This document shows, one piece after another, positions 13,936 to 27,254 of a stretch of DNA of 64,000 nt; position 1 is the stretch's first letter; the number at the start of each line of letters is the position of its first letter. This DNA is from Eledone cirrhosa (lineage: Eukaryota), in the NCBI GenBank assembly GCA_964016885.1, contig OZ024763.1, positions 9,176,001 to 9,240,000 of the forward strand, read 5' to 3'. The position numbers and the translations under genes are program-made. Under the pieces are notes generated by a model. It was not told the DNA's origin, searched no databases, and saw nothing but the letters and a program-made list of their open reading frames with translations.

Positions 13936-14309
13936 CTCAACCCATTCACTACATACATCACGCATAAAATTGCACCGGTAAAAAAAATTTACTGTATATC
14001 GCAACAATATAGTGTTTAAAGAATTTTTTTTCTGTTAAAAACTGTAAATCTGTTAAAAAAAAAAAATGTATTTCGCAGCAATATTTTTTCTGTTAAAAAC
14101 TGTAAATAAATATTCATGTAAAAATGAAGCATAGTTTTTCTGTGAAAAACTGTAAATAAATATTTATTTTGTTAAAAAATTAAATCAAAAATCTAATTTT
14201 CTCTGTTAATATTTTAATAAATATTTATTCTAAAAATTCAATGTTTTTTCGTGTAAAAATGAAGCATGTCAGAAAATTAACATGTAAAAATCAAGCAGCA
14301 GGCACGCGC

Positions 14310-14369
14310 TAGCTCGTATCTAAAAAAAAATCGTATGTCGGTTCACTCGTATCTCAAGGTACCACTGTA
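14310..14369. mobile_element. Tigger/pogo-type terminal inverted repeat end
   Basis: CTCGTATCTCAAGGTACCACTG followed by TA, i.e. a TA-CAGTGGTACC terminus on the reverse strand. Confidence 0.55.
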
Positions 14370-14776
14370 TTTAAAACATATTTATGTTATTCTACTGTAA
14401 ATTTATTTATATGCTCTGTTTATATTTTCATTCTGAAAGAATTGCAAACGATTTCTAATGTTATTTATACAACTGAATAAAAGAGAAATTTGATAGTTTG
14501 TTAACAACTAAATACATTTGGAACAATTATTTACATCTTACAATTTGAAATGTTATTATATATTAAATAAAGTACCAGTAATACACTGAATATTTGCCGG
14601 CCTTGTGCCAAAAGTAGAAACACTTATTATATATTAAATAACGTTACAAATGGGAGTGAAAATATAAACACATATGATATATACAAAGAATATAAATAAA
14701 TTTACAGTAGAATAACATGTTTTAAATATATACATAACACTACAAATGCTTAAGTAACAGTATAAATTGAAGGGGT

Positions 14777-15046
14777 GGAAAACGGAGCCAACACCAGAGC
14801 AAAAGACAGCAGCCAGGGGTACTGGGCAACCTCTCTAATGATTTTTAAGGCAAGCCAGCACACTGGCAGTGTTACCTCGAGTGATGGCGAGGCTGGGGTG
14901 CTGGAAGAAACAAGCGCCCTCGCCAGTTACCTCTATTAGGCGAGCCGCCAGTGAAGAGAGGAACCTCGCAGTCAGCGGCCCGACTCCCCACAGGCTGAAA
15001 AATTTACCCCTCGCTGCTGTCTTTTGCTCTGATGTTCAACCGTTCC
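14777..15046. other. GC-rich ~270-bp foldback element with ~35-bp inverted termini
   Basis: AACACCAGAGCAAAAGACAGCAGCCAGGGGTA pairs with TACCCCTCGCTGCTGTCTTTTGCTCTGATGTT; several internal hairpins. Confidence 0.7.
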
Positions 15047-16014
15047 TTTGCATTTTCATAAATAAATTGACAGTTTTTCGAAGCTAGAAATCAAATAGAG
15101 ATATTTTTATACACATTGTATTATGTGTTTTTATTTTCATTCTGAAAGAACTGAACAATTTGTAATGTTAATTAAACACATGTTTAGCATACCTTTGTCT
15201 TCCTCGTCTTGCTTCATTGAGAAATTCTAGTTTCCTCTCTTAATTCATTTCTTCTTTCTTCTGTTAAATTTCCTCTGAACTCTTTTTCCTTATATCATTA
15301 ATATTATTGTTGTTTAAGTTGTTGCATTGAAATGGTTATCACTATTATGTGCTGTATCAATATTGATAGCGTAATTTTCTGAAGTGACTCTCTTGTAAAA
15401 TAAATGTCTTATTTGCTCCCATGGACGAGAAAGGAGGGTAAGAATAAATAAAAAAAAGTTTCCAGAAGAAATAATAGTGGTCCGTTTGTTCAAACAATGA
15501 AACACAACTTGTTACGTTTTCACCGAAAATCAAATTCAGCGCCGTTCGTCTACCATTGCTGTATGTGGGTGTGTCTAAGTTTGTTTGGTGTGTACGCACG
15601 TGTCAAAGTCAATCATGTAATTATCTCCCCTTGGCAAACAAGCATGATATGGCGTAAGAGGGTGTTTAACATCTCAAGATAGACGTTGCAAAAGGTTTTG
15701 AGATACATAAATAGATATGTAGGTAGATAGATATATAATTGATAGATATGTAGGTAGATAGATAGATATATAATTATCACAAGTGTAGTGTTTGTACAAG
15801 AGTTTTCAAGTCGCTGGCTGGACTAAAAAGTCACACTCGTTCAGCGTATCGGTAGGGGTTCTCCTACATGAATATAATGTAGTGGCCGTACTCGAAATAC
15901 TGATATATATATATATATATGTATGGGTACTGGTATGTATATGTATGTGTGAATACTAATGTATGTGTATGTGTATGTATGTGTGTATGTGTATGTGTGT
16001 ATATGTATATATGT

Positions 16015-19000
16015 ATCATCATCATGATCTTCGTTTAACGTCCATATTCCACGCTCGCATGGGTTTGGACGGGAATTTTCCCACTTGAGGCAAGAGTGGT
16101 TGTCTTGCTCGCATAGGACTGTCTGGCGGGTTTTCTACGGTTGGATGCCCTTCCTAACACCAACCACATTTACAGTGTGGAACTGGGAGGTTTTTACCGT
16201 GTTACCTACACGCCCACATTACAGCGTGGACTGTGTGTGCTTTTGTCGTGACACCTACACGACCTCATTTGTTTCGGGCTGGATGTTGTGGTACCAACAT
16301 AACTTTACATTGAAAGGGGTGGTGTGGATGGAGTGGGGGTAATGGGACGGGGGTGTATTTTGTTAGAGGTGCCTACTGACTGTAGTAGGTTTCACTTTGT
16401 ACTTAGGTAAGGCGGGTCTTCTCTATTACTGTGTAGCGCCAAAGAACTCGGTCCAGTGACATTGTCTTGGAGAGGTGTAAGTGTGTGAGGTCGGAATTTA
16501 TCAAGTCGTCCCAGGTTTTTCTGGGTCTGCCTACTCCGTGGCTACCGTTTATTTTTATTGCCCTGCACATTTTTATACAGCTGTCGTCTTTCATGCGCAT
16601 CACGTGACCATACCAACATAGTCTTCTCTCGAGTAAACATCTGATCCCTCTTATTTCTAATTTCTCCCTTATTTCGTTTATGCTTTGCCGTTCACGTATA
16701 TTACTATTACACATCCAGCGGAGCATGCAAGCTTCGTTTCTCTCCAGCCTGCGTATATCCTCTGCACACAATGCCTAGGTCTCACTGCCATGTAACATTG
16801 CTGTTCGTATGCAGGCATCATACAGCCTGCCTTTCATTTTTAGAGAGAACCCTTTAACGGCCAATAGTAGTATAAGCTCTCTTAACTTTTTCCATCCCGT
16901 TCTGACTCTAGCTACTGTACTTTCAGAGCACCCTCCCCCACTGCTGATTTTATCACCCAGGTAACGGAAGCTGTCCACTATTTCTATAGAACCATCTGTG
17001 CAATGGAATGAGTTAGTATTCTGTGGGCACTTGTGTGCTACTTATTGCACCAGAGCACCGGCCACATATAAAATCTATATTCTTAGTTAGCTTACCTGTG
17101 ATCCCACTACATCTTTTATGTAGCCATACTTTGCATTTGGGACATAACATGGAGTTTCTACCTACTCCTTTCCTACACACTGAGCATGGCCATTTCCCAG
17201 ATGGGACCGGTGCCCTATTTTCCTTCCTACAAACTTTAGTCTTAGACAAGTTAACTTTAAGGCCTTTTGATTCTAGGCCATGCTTCCATGTTTGGAATTT
17301 ATTTTCTAGTTCAGCCATTGATTCAGCTATGAGCGTTAGATCATCTGCATATAGGAGTTCCCATGGGCAGCCGGTCTTGAACTCCTCTGTTATAGCCTGA
17401 AGAGCAATAATAAATAGTAGGGGGCTAAGGACGGAGCCCCGATGAACACCAACTCTTCACTATATTCGTTGTTAATTCTAACCTTGCTGACTGTTTCTTT
17501 ATACATGGCTTGTATAGCTCTCACAAGCCATTCATCAACACCTAGTTTTCTAAGGGCTCACCAGATAATCAAGCGGGGTACTCTGTCAAAGGCTTTCTCC
17601 AAGTCAACAAAAGCTAAGTATAGGGGTTTACTTTTAGCTAGGTACTTCTCCTGTAGATGTTGTACAATGAAAAGAGCGTCTGTTGTACTTTTACCTGACA
17701 CAAACCCGAACTGCATTTCGTCTAGATCAATTCGCTCTCTGATTAGTTGCGCTATTACTTTTTCTGTGACCTTCATGACCTGGTCAATTAATTTAATGCC
17801 TCTATAGTTTCCCCCTATCTAGGGCATCACCTTTACCCTTGTAGCAGTTAATGATGATGCTGCTGCGCCAGTCCTTCGGAACGACCCCATTCTGTATGAC
17901 TTGGTTTACTATCCGGGTGACCATACTGTGTCCCACCGTTCCAGATGCTTTCAGCATTTCGGCAACTATTTCCGAAGGCCCGGACGCCTTGCCCGTCTTC
18001 ATGTCTTTGATCGCCTTACTTATTATACTACCTTCAACTTTCACTGCTGGTCCCTCTATTGGGTCGATGTGGGGGAGACTGTCTTTCTCCCAATTATTCT
18101 CCTCATTTAGTAGCCTTTCGTAGTGACACTTCCAAGCTACCTTCTTATCAGCGTCAGTGATGGCAAGTACACCATCATCATTTAGGACACACTTCTCCCC
18201 GACAATATCACTGTTTTCCTTGACACATTGCCTAGCAATCCTGAACACCTCACGTTTTTGGTCCTCGCGTTGTAGAACATGCTTGAACTTTCTTTCCTCT
18301 GCTTCCCTTCTTGCGAAGTACACTTGTCTCCTAGCTTCCCTCCTGGCCACTTGATAGTCTTCTCTACTTCCCCCATCCCGCCATACTTTCCAGCCTTGAT
18401 TGACCTCTCCACCTTACTGTTCCACCACCAAGTTACTCTCCTCCTGTCTAGAGGCCTGCTCCAGCCACAGGTTTCATCTGTCGCCTTCAACAGGTTAGCT
18501 TTCAGGAATTCCCACTCTTCCTCTATATTGTACAACTCTAATTGCTCTTCCTTACTATCAAAAGCATCAAGTAATATGCTTTTAAATTTATTACTGGCTG
18601 TGGGGTCCTTTAATTTCCATATTTTTCTCCTGAGGATAGTCCTCTTCTGTTGTCGAATACGTCTCGTCCTGACTATGAGGTCGCTAATTATGAGTCTATG
18701 TTGAGACGTGCATTCTTCATGGGGGAGGGATTTAGTGTTTACAACAGACACTCTGTCACGTCTCCTGGTAAGGATATAATCTACCTGGCTTGTGTGTCCC
18801 CCTATCTATAGGTGATCAAGTGATTGTCTCGTTTTTTGAAGTTAGTGTTACAGATAGTTAGGTTATTTGCGTCACAGAATTCCAGGATTCTGGAGCCTTC
18901 CTCATTTCTAGTACCAAACCCATAGCCTCCATGGATTCCGTCATAGCCGTCACAATGTTGTCCAACGTGACCATTTAGGTTGCCAGCAATAATTATATAG

Positions 19001-19520
19001 TCACTGTTGGTTATTTGGGAGGTAGTGAGCATCAGTGTCTCATAGAATCTGTCTTTTATAGTGCCGGGCAGTCCGGATTGGGGTGCGTACGCAGATATTA
19101 CTGTCACCGTAGTTCTATTGAGGACAAGTCTTATTTTAATTATTCTGTCGTTCACTCTATTTACGTCTATTATCTTATCTGCCCACTTTTCTGCTACCAT
19201 GATTCCTACTCCACCCAGCCCATCGTCATTTCCCACCAAGAAAAGCTTATAGCATCGTTCTTTACCCACGATGAATCTAGCAGACCCACCCCTCCACCTG
19301 GTCTCTTGAATACAACAAACATCGACCTCCTTACGTTCAAGCATTTCTACAACCTCATTAGAGCGACCCTTTAAGGTGCCTACATTCATGGTACCAACTC
19401 TGAAGTTTTGGATTGCGTTTGGAGGGTGGGAGCGGGGGGAAATGGGGGAGATGGGTTATGTTAGCCATCCACGACCGAAACAAAGAGGAGGAGCCCTTGC
19501 ATTCTCGTCCATGAGGTGAA
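16015..19520 (-). mobile_element. Near full-length degenerate RTE LINE (APE-RT with PHD insert, 3' UTR, (GAT)n tail)
   Basis: Consecutive minus ORFs: NVGTLKG..CCIQETRW..SAYAPQ; QFGFVSGKSTTDA; LYADDL at ~17335-17355; DSFRYLG; GRPRKTW. Broken by several frameshifts and stops. Confidence 0.95.
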
Positions 19521-19527
19521 TTTGTTT

Positions 19528-20342
19528 TTATGTATGTATATATATATATGTATGCATATGTGTGTGTATGTATGTATATATATGTGTATATGTATATATG
19601 TGTGTATGTATATATGTGTGTATGTGTATATGTATATATGTATATGTATATGTATGTATGTATATGTATGTATGTGTATATGTGTGTATATGTATGTGTA
19701 TGTGTATATGTGTATATGTATGTATATGTGTATATGTGTATATGTATGTATATGTGTGTATGTATATGTATATATGTATGTATATGTATATATGTATGTA
19801 TGTGTATATATGTATGTATGTATATGTATGTATATGTATATATGTATGTATGTATATGTATATATGTATGTATGTATATGTATATATGTATGTATGTATG
19901 TATGTATATGTATATATGTATGTATGTATATGTATATATGTATGTATGTATATGTATATATGTATGTATGTATATGTATATATACTCGTGTATATGTATA
20001 TATACTCGTGTATATGTATATATACTCGTGTATATGTATATATACTCGTGTATATGTATATATACTCGTGTATATGTATATATACTCGTGTATATGTATA
20101 TATACTCGTGTATATGTATATATACTCGTGTATATGTATATATACTCGTGTATATGTATATATACTTGTGTATATGTATATATACTTGTGTATATGTATA
20201 TATGCTTGTGTATATGTGTATATGAATGTGTATATGCTTATGTGTATGTATGTATGTATATGTATATTATGTATATATATATGTATGTGTGTATGTATGT
20301 ATGTGTATGTATGTATATGTATGTATATGTATTTATATGTAT
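19528..20342. repeat. Compound (TATG/TA/TG)n microsatellite with an internal 20-bp unit TATACTCGTGTATATGTATA
   Basis: Read directly; ~10 tandem 20-mers at ~19981-20200. Confidence 0.97.
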
Positions 20343-20673
20343 ATGGAGGCACATGGCTTAGTGGTTAGAGCATTGGCCTGGCAATCAAAAGATTGTGATT
20401 TCAATTCTCACACCGGGTGATGTGTTGTTTCCTTGAGCAAGACACTTTATTTCACATTGCTCCTGTTTACTCAGCTGTAGAAATGAGATGATAGGACAGG
20501 GGTCCCTATCATTCCACTGTAAAGTGGACGTGTAGGCGCCACGGAAATAAAGCACCCAGCACTCACTGTAAATGAGGTTGGTGTTAGGAAGGGCATCCGG
20601 CTGTAGAAATCAAGCCAGAATCAGTTCACGTCCCACCCTTGCAAACAGGGAAAAGCGGATGTAAAATGATGAT
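20343..20673 (+). mobile_element. tRNA-derived SINE with Meta/V-like core and RTE-derived 3' tail (copies at 30637-30995, 40267-40648, 49355-49685 minus, partial 35505-35715 minus)
   Basis: A box TGGCTTAGTGG; B-box-like GA(G/T)TTCAATTC; core TCCTTGAGCAAGACACTTTATTTCACATTGCTCC; tail CCCACCCTTGCAA..GGAAAAGCGGA..TAAAATGATGAT. Confidence 0.85.
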
Positions 20674-22236
20674 TCGTTGTTAATTCTAACCTTGCTGACT
20701 TTTTCTTCATACATGGTTTGTATAGCTCTGACAAGCAATTCATCAACACCTAGTTTTCTAAGAGTCCACCAGATAATGGAGCGGGGGACTCTGTCAAAGG
20801 CTTTCTCCAAGTCAACAAAAGCTAAGTATCGGGGTTTACTTTTAGCTAGGTACTTCTCCTGTAGTTGTCGTACAAGGAAAAGAGCGTCTGTGGTACTTTT
20901 ACTTGACACAAACCCAAACGGCATTTCGTCTAGATCAATTCGCTCTCTTATTAATTGCGCTATAACTCTTTCTGTGACCTTCATGACCTGGTCAATTAAT
21001 TTAATGCCTCTATAGTTTCCCCTATATAGGGCATCTCCTTTACCCTTGTAGCAGTTAATGATGATGATGCTATTATGCCAGTCATTTGGTATAACCCCAT
21101 TCTGTATGACATGGTTTACTATCCGGGTGACCATAGAATGTCCCACCGATCCAGATGCTTTCAACATTTCAGCAACTATCTCTGAAGGCCCAGCTGCTTT
21201 GCCTGTCTCCATATCTTTGATTGCCTTACTTATTATACAACCTTCAACTTGCACTGCTGGTTCCTCTATTGGATTGTTTTGGGGCAGACTATCTTTTTCC
21301 CACTTATTCTCCTCATTTAGTAGCCTCTCATAGTGACACTTCCAAGCTACCTTTTTATCTGTATCAGTGATGACAAGTATACCATCATCATTACGGGCAC
21401 ACTTCTCCCCGACAATATCACGGTTTTCCTTGACACATTGCCTAGCAATCCTGAACACCTCACGTTGTAGAACATGCTTGAACTTTATTTCTTCTGCTTC
21501 CCTTCTTGCAAAGTACACTTGTCTACTAGCTTCCCTCCTGGCCACTTGATAGGCTTCTCTGCTTCCCCCATCCCGCCATGCTTTCCAAGCTCTCTTTTTG
21601 GCCTTGATTGACTCCTCCTGCCTATAGGTCTGCTCCAGCTACAGATTTCATCTGTCGCCTTCAGCAAGTTAACTTTCAGGAATTCCCACTGTTCCTCTAT
21701 ACTGTATGTCTCTAATTGCTCTTCTTTACTGTCAAAAGCATCAAGTAATTTGCTTTTAAATTTGTTACTGGCTGTGGGGTCCTTTAACTTTCATATTCTT
21801 CTTCTCAGGGTAGTCCTCCTCTGTTGTCGAATACGTCTCGTCCTGACTATGAGGTCACTAACTATGAGCTATGTTGGGAGGTGCATTCTTCACGGGGGAG
21901 GGAAATAGTGTTTACAACAGACACTTTTTCACATCTTCTGGTAAGGATATAATCTATCTGACTGGCATGTTCCCCTGATCTATAGGTGATCAAGTGATTG
22001 TCTGGTTTTTAAAGTTTGTGTTACAGATAGTTAGGTTATTAGAGTTACAGAATTCCAGGATTCTAAAGCCTTCCTCATTTCTGGTACCAAACCTGTAGCC
22101 ACCATGGATTCCATCATAGCTATCACAATGTTGTCCAACATGACCATTTAGGTCGGCAACAATTATGTTGTCACTGTCGGTTAGTTGGGAGGTAGTGAGC
22201 ATTAGCGACTCATAGAATCTGTCTTTAATAACGCCA
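20674..22236 (-). mobile_element. RTE LINE internal fragment, APE C-terminus to RT (duplicate at ~40650-42300)
   Basis: DLNGHVGQH, GNYRGIKL, AFVDLEKAFDRV. Confidence 0.92.
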
Positions 22237-22574
22237 TGAGTCAGCTTTTATAAAGTCGTTTGTCAAACGAGAGAACAGAGAGACAATACCAGTAACCACG
22301 AGAGAGACAACCAACCAACCATAATTATATAATAAATCAAAGTGAAAACAAAACAATATAATTCAACAGATTTTTCCAGATAAATCTTGCAAAACAATTT
22401 TTACCACCACCAACACCAACATAATTTCATCAACACACATATTATACATATATATACATATATATCTTTCATTTTCTAACCTTAATCCCTAACAAATCCC
22501 ACCCCCTCCAGTTCTAAAAATAGCAAATTCTTCCAGAAAGATAGACAGGGAAGAGAGGAAACACAGAGAAGAGA

Positions 22575-22785
22575 GGAACCCAGTATTTGACTGGTACTTT
22601 TATTCATAAAAAGATAAAGTGAGAAAAATAAAGAGAGGAAGAATTCACATCAGTATTTCACTGGTACTTTTTTTATCAACCGCCAAGGGATGAAAGGCAA
22701 AATTGACCTCGGCGGGATTTCAACTCAGAGAGCATAGAACAAAAAGGAATACTGCAAAGTATTCTAATAACTCCCACCTTATATG
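22575..22785 (-). mobile_element. Nin-domain tRNA SINE remnant (duplicate at ~42675-42885)
   Basis: CTGGTACTTTTTTTATCAACC..GGATGAAAGGCAAAATTGACCTCGGCGGGATTTCAACTCAG. Confidence 0.7.
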
Positions 22786-23120
22786 ACATTTCATATATAT
22801 ATATATAACAATTGTATATATGCATGTGTGTATATACAACAAAATGATGAAATTAATTAAATGGAAAATTTTTCCCCAATACAAAACGTAAAAATAAATT
22901 TAACAAAGCTTTTTTTTGAAGAAATTAATTATATTTAATTTTTTTTTAAAGAAATAAATGAAATTAAACTTTTTATTTTTTAAGAAAAAAATTAAATTGA
23001 ACTTTTTTTTAAGAAATAAATTAAACAAATTTTATTTTTTAAGAAATAAATTAAATATAAATCTGACTGACCTGCAGCCATTTGACTTCCCGTGAGTGAT
23101 TATGAACACACACCCACTAA

Positions 23121-23545
23121 TATCATCATCATTTTACGTCCGCTTTTCCCTGCTTGCAAGGGTTGGACGGGTCCTATTCAGCACAGCATCTCTCCACTTG
23201 TCACGGTCCTTCGTCATCTCCTCGGTGAGATTTGAGGTCTGCTCTCACCACCTCCGCCCATGTTTTTCGTGGTCTACCTCTACTGCGTCTTCCTTCTACT
23301 GGGATTTCTTGGCACTTCTTTAGCCGGCGGTCATCCTACATTCGCATCACATGTCCATACCATCTCAGCCTTCTCTCCTGCACACCACAACTTATCCCTC
23401 TTATACCCAGTTTCTTTCTCAACTCGTCTATGCTTGGTCGTTCACGCACTTTGGCATTGCACATCCAATGGAGCATGCTTGCTTCATTTCTCTCTAGCCG
23501 TCGCATATCTTCTGCAGTTGCTGCCCATGTCTCACTACCATCTCA
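23121..23545 (-). mobile_element. RTE LINE 3' fragment (duplicate at ~43350-43720)
   Basis: Reverse complement of the RTE C-terminus plus the GGAAAAGCGGACGTAAAATGATGATG tail. Confidence 0.9.
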
Positions 23546-24719
23546 CACATGTGTGTATGTATGAATCTGTGTGTGTGTGTATAATTGTGAACCTGGTGGT
23601 GGGGATGGAGGTGGTAGTAGTTGTTTGGGCGGAAATTTCATTGAGATGAAAGAAGTTTTGCCAGTCAGTGTGGGTATGTGTGTGTATGTGTAACAACAAC
23701 AACACAAACACCGCCACCACTCACAACAACACCGCCAATCCAAACAACACCAGCAAAAACTAAAACATGATTTATTATTCTGTGAAGAAATTAAATATTT
23801 TGATCAGAACAATGTGAAATATATGTGTGTGTGTGAGTGTATGCATGTATGTGTGTACTTGTATATCGTAATTTCTATGTCTATATTTATGAGAAAGAAG
23901 GATAGAGAATCAACAGATCATGTATATAAATAGCTATTCAGTTTCATATATACACACCCACCCAAAAATTAAAACTTAACCCTATCAATTCTTCTACAAA
24001 TTGATGAATCCTGTCTTATCTAAGTGACAATCATATTTAAACAATAAAATACAACCCCAAACCTTGAAAATACCTAACCTGTTGCAGTAATTATGTCACA
24101 TGAAATATCTTTCTTTTAACAGCATACAATTAGCACTGACTGAGACCGAACCAGCCTTAACAAGGCATAAATTCAATCACAGTTTTATCAAACGACAACA
24201 TTTCCGGATAAAAGGGAAACAACTCCAATAATTTTATTAAAATATTGTAGAGTAATCTCCCTTTGCTAATTGGAATGCTGCATAATCTTATGTAAACACA
24301 CAAACACTATACACAATAACATATATATATATATGTAGATATACATATAGATATACATACACGTGTATACATACATACATATATAGATATATGTACACAT
24401 AAGTATATACATACATGACAATATACTATACCCCCACATCAAAACTAAAGCGCAACTATTTCAACGCTGGCAATCTAGCTCAACTTATCAGAGCTACAAG
24501 TCAAAATGTCAGAGTAAAAAGAAAAAAAAATTAAGCTTTTTAAACAAACGAGTTTTAGGAAATATATAAAATATAACCGGTGGCAATGTAATCCATCTTA
24601 GCAATTAATTATTATTGAAATTATATATTAAAAACAAATAGATATTTAGTGCTCAATGTCTGTTCATGTGAGTGAGAGAGTGTATGTGTGTGTTTTCTTC
24701 TTTCATTTTTTCACAAATT

Positions 24720-26315
24720 ATTATCCGATAGAGGGACCAGCTATTCACAAAGACGAATATAGGGTTAGGGCATCAAAAGTAGCTACTAAACTGGTTGCAC
24801 GCATCGTCAATCAAGTTATATATATGGCTGAGTCATACCCAAAGACTGGTGCAGCAGTATTCTTATAAATTGCGACAAAGGTAGAAAGGGATGCTCTGGA
24901 AATGAGCAATTATAGGGGCATCAAACTGATGGATCCGGTTATGAAAGTGACAGAAAGAATACTATTGCAACTAATTAGAGAAAGGGCCAAACTAAATGAG
25001 ATGCAGTTTGGTTTTATGCCTGGGAAAAGTACAACAGATGCCCTCTTCTTAGTGGTTCTTAGAGAAGAGAGGTTCTTAGAGAAGAATAAGCCACTATACT
25101 TAGCTTTTGATGACTTAGAGGAGGTCTTTGATAGTGTACCACGATCTGTCATCTGGTGGTCTCTAAGGAAAATAGGTGTAGAGGAATGGCTTGTGAGGAC
25201 AGTGCAAGCTAAGTACAGAGGTTCTGTCAGTAAAGTGAGAGAAGTAATGGAGTTTAATGAGGAATTCCAGATACAAGTAGGAGTGCATCAGGGCTCTGTC
25301 CTCAGCCCGATCTTGTTCATTATAATTCTCCAAGCCATAACACGAGTTTAAGACTGACTGCCCATGGGAACTTCTCTAGGCTGACGATCTGGTACTTATA
25401 GCAGATTCAGTAGAGGAACTAGAGAAGAAATTCTGTCTATGGAAAAATCAGTTGGAATCAAGAGGACTGAGAGTGAACCTAGCTAAGACAAAAGTATTGA
25501 TAAGTAGAGAAGAGGACAAAACTCTGATTCCATCAGGGAAATGGTCATGTTCAATATGTAGAAAAGGAGTTGGGATAAATTCTATAAAATGTACACAATG
25601 CAGATCCTGGGTACACAAGAGATGTAGTGGGATAGCAGGCAAACTAACAAGTAGAGAGAAATACGTATGCAGTAGTTGTACAGAACTTGACAGTAGAAGA
25701 CGCAGTGATAGACACATTTACCACATGAAGGTGGGTTCTAAAGAAGTGGGTGATAGCTTCCGCTACCTAGGTGATCTGATTAGAATGGGAGGGGTGTTCC
25801 GAGACCATAATATCTAGAATAAGGACAGGTCGGAAGAAATTTAGGGAGCTGCTTCCTCTGTTGACAAAGAAGGATTTCTCCCTGCGTACGAAAGGATGGT
25901 TATATGATGACTGTGTGAGATGCGCGATGCTGCATGATAGTGAGACTTGGGCAGCAACTGCAGAGGATATGCGATGGCTGGAGAGAAATGAACGACTAGG
26001 CATGGAGGACTTCAGGGAGAAACTGTTTAACTGGGATAAGTTGTAGTGTGCAGGAGAGAAGACTATGTTGGTATAGACATGTGATGCGCATGGAGGATGA
26101 CACCTAGGTAAAGAAGTGCCAAGAAATCCCAGTAGAAGGACAACGCAGTAGAGGAAGACCACGAAAAATACGGGCGGAGCTGGTGTGAGCAGACCTCAAA
26201 TCTCTAAAGCTCAATGAGGAGATGACGAAGGACCGTGACAAGTGGAGAGATACTGTGCTCAATAGGTTCGTCCCACCCTTGCAAGCAAGGAAAAGCGGAC
26301 GTAAAGTGATGAAGA
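24720..26315 (+). mobile_element. 5'-truncated RTE LINE (RT with PHD insert to 3' tail)
   Basis: NYRGIKLMD, GVHQGSVLSP, WSCSICRKGVG..CTQC..HKRC, DSFRYLG; tail at ~26270-26315. Confidence 0.92.
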
Positions 26316-27254
26316 TAAGACTTGTTGAAATTTAAACATCAACTAGGTAGATATGTATGCATGTGTGTGCAGCTATCCATCTATTTGTGTGTGCTTGTGT
26401 TCCTTTTCACTTATGTGTGCATCTGTATATGCTTAGTATTTAGATGCACATCATCTCCAATGTTTCAAATATTTTTTATCATACATCGATTATACTTCGA
26501 ATTACAAATATAGTCGTCTTCTTTCTATTTCTCTAAAGCAAAGCTTCACAACTAATATGAACGTATAGTCAGGGTCAACCATGTGCAAATGTTTCCTTAT
26601 TTCTGCATAGAGAGTAATATAGATAAACAAATTATATTATCTTCACCAACAAACGCTATATTGTCTCTCACTTTCAAGGATACGCTTTTGCAATAAAACA
26701 ACAGGAAATAAAGACAAACTATCTGATTCCCTAATATATAATATTATATTGGTATCTGCTTGGCAGCGAACTCCAACTGCTGGGCGTCGTCTGTTATGCT
26801 TCCGATTCATTGCTTTTCACCGGAACAATCCACAACTACTCTTTCTATGTCTTAAAACGTTTGCTGTAACTCCCAATGTTTACTCTCGGGGATGACCTTT
26901 CTAGGGATTGCATTCTTCACACTTTTCGCCACATCTTTCCACAGCTTCTTCACATCGGTCACATCTTCAATGTTCAATCTGCACAATTTCCACTTCTTTT
27001 CACATCTAGGTCTTTTGTGTACATCCCTATCTATTCTGTGACTCAGTTAGTCTTAGTTTCAAGTTCTTATATTGTAAAATAATCTTTCAACATGGGAGAC
27101 AATATAGCACTTGTTGCTGAAGATAGACTTTTATCCTCTATATTATTCTCACTCTCCAGCTTCCAGGTAACATATCCATGCATAATATTTGTGTGTGTGT
27201 GTCGTAATTTGTCTATATTTGAGAAAAGGATAATGATAAAAAGATATATACAGG

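Larger units (their letters stand above)
18013..23986. repeat. Segmental duplication, copy 1 (copy 2 at ~38061-44188)
   Basis: Same ordered block (RTE, microsatellite, SINE, RTE, spacer, RTE 3' end, spacer) with high identity and reciprocal indels. Confidence 0.92.

Noticed and set aside
19440-19525. Possible HDV-like ribozyme at the RTE 5' end (CTCCTC..GGCTAAC)
   Set aside because: Could not build a consistent P1/P2/P3/P1.1 nested pseudoknot by eye.
19981-20200. Regular 20-bp repeats resembling a CRISPR array
   Set aside because: Head-to-tail repeats with no unique spacers, eukaryotic context, no cas genes.
19516-20368. Long Y/I/H/T/M/C/V-rich ORFs (also at 29.9, 37.8, 39.6 and 47-48 kb)
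   Set aside because: Translations of stop-free (TATG)/(TA) microsatellites; not genes.
26480-27150. Possible decayed hAT or other coding remnant on the minus strand
   Set aside because: Only vague motif resemblance with many stops.
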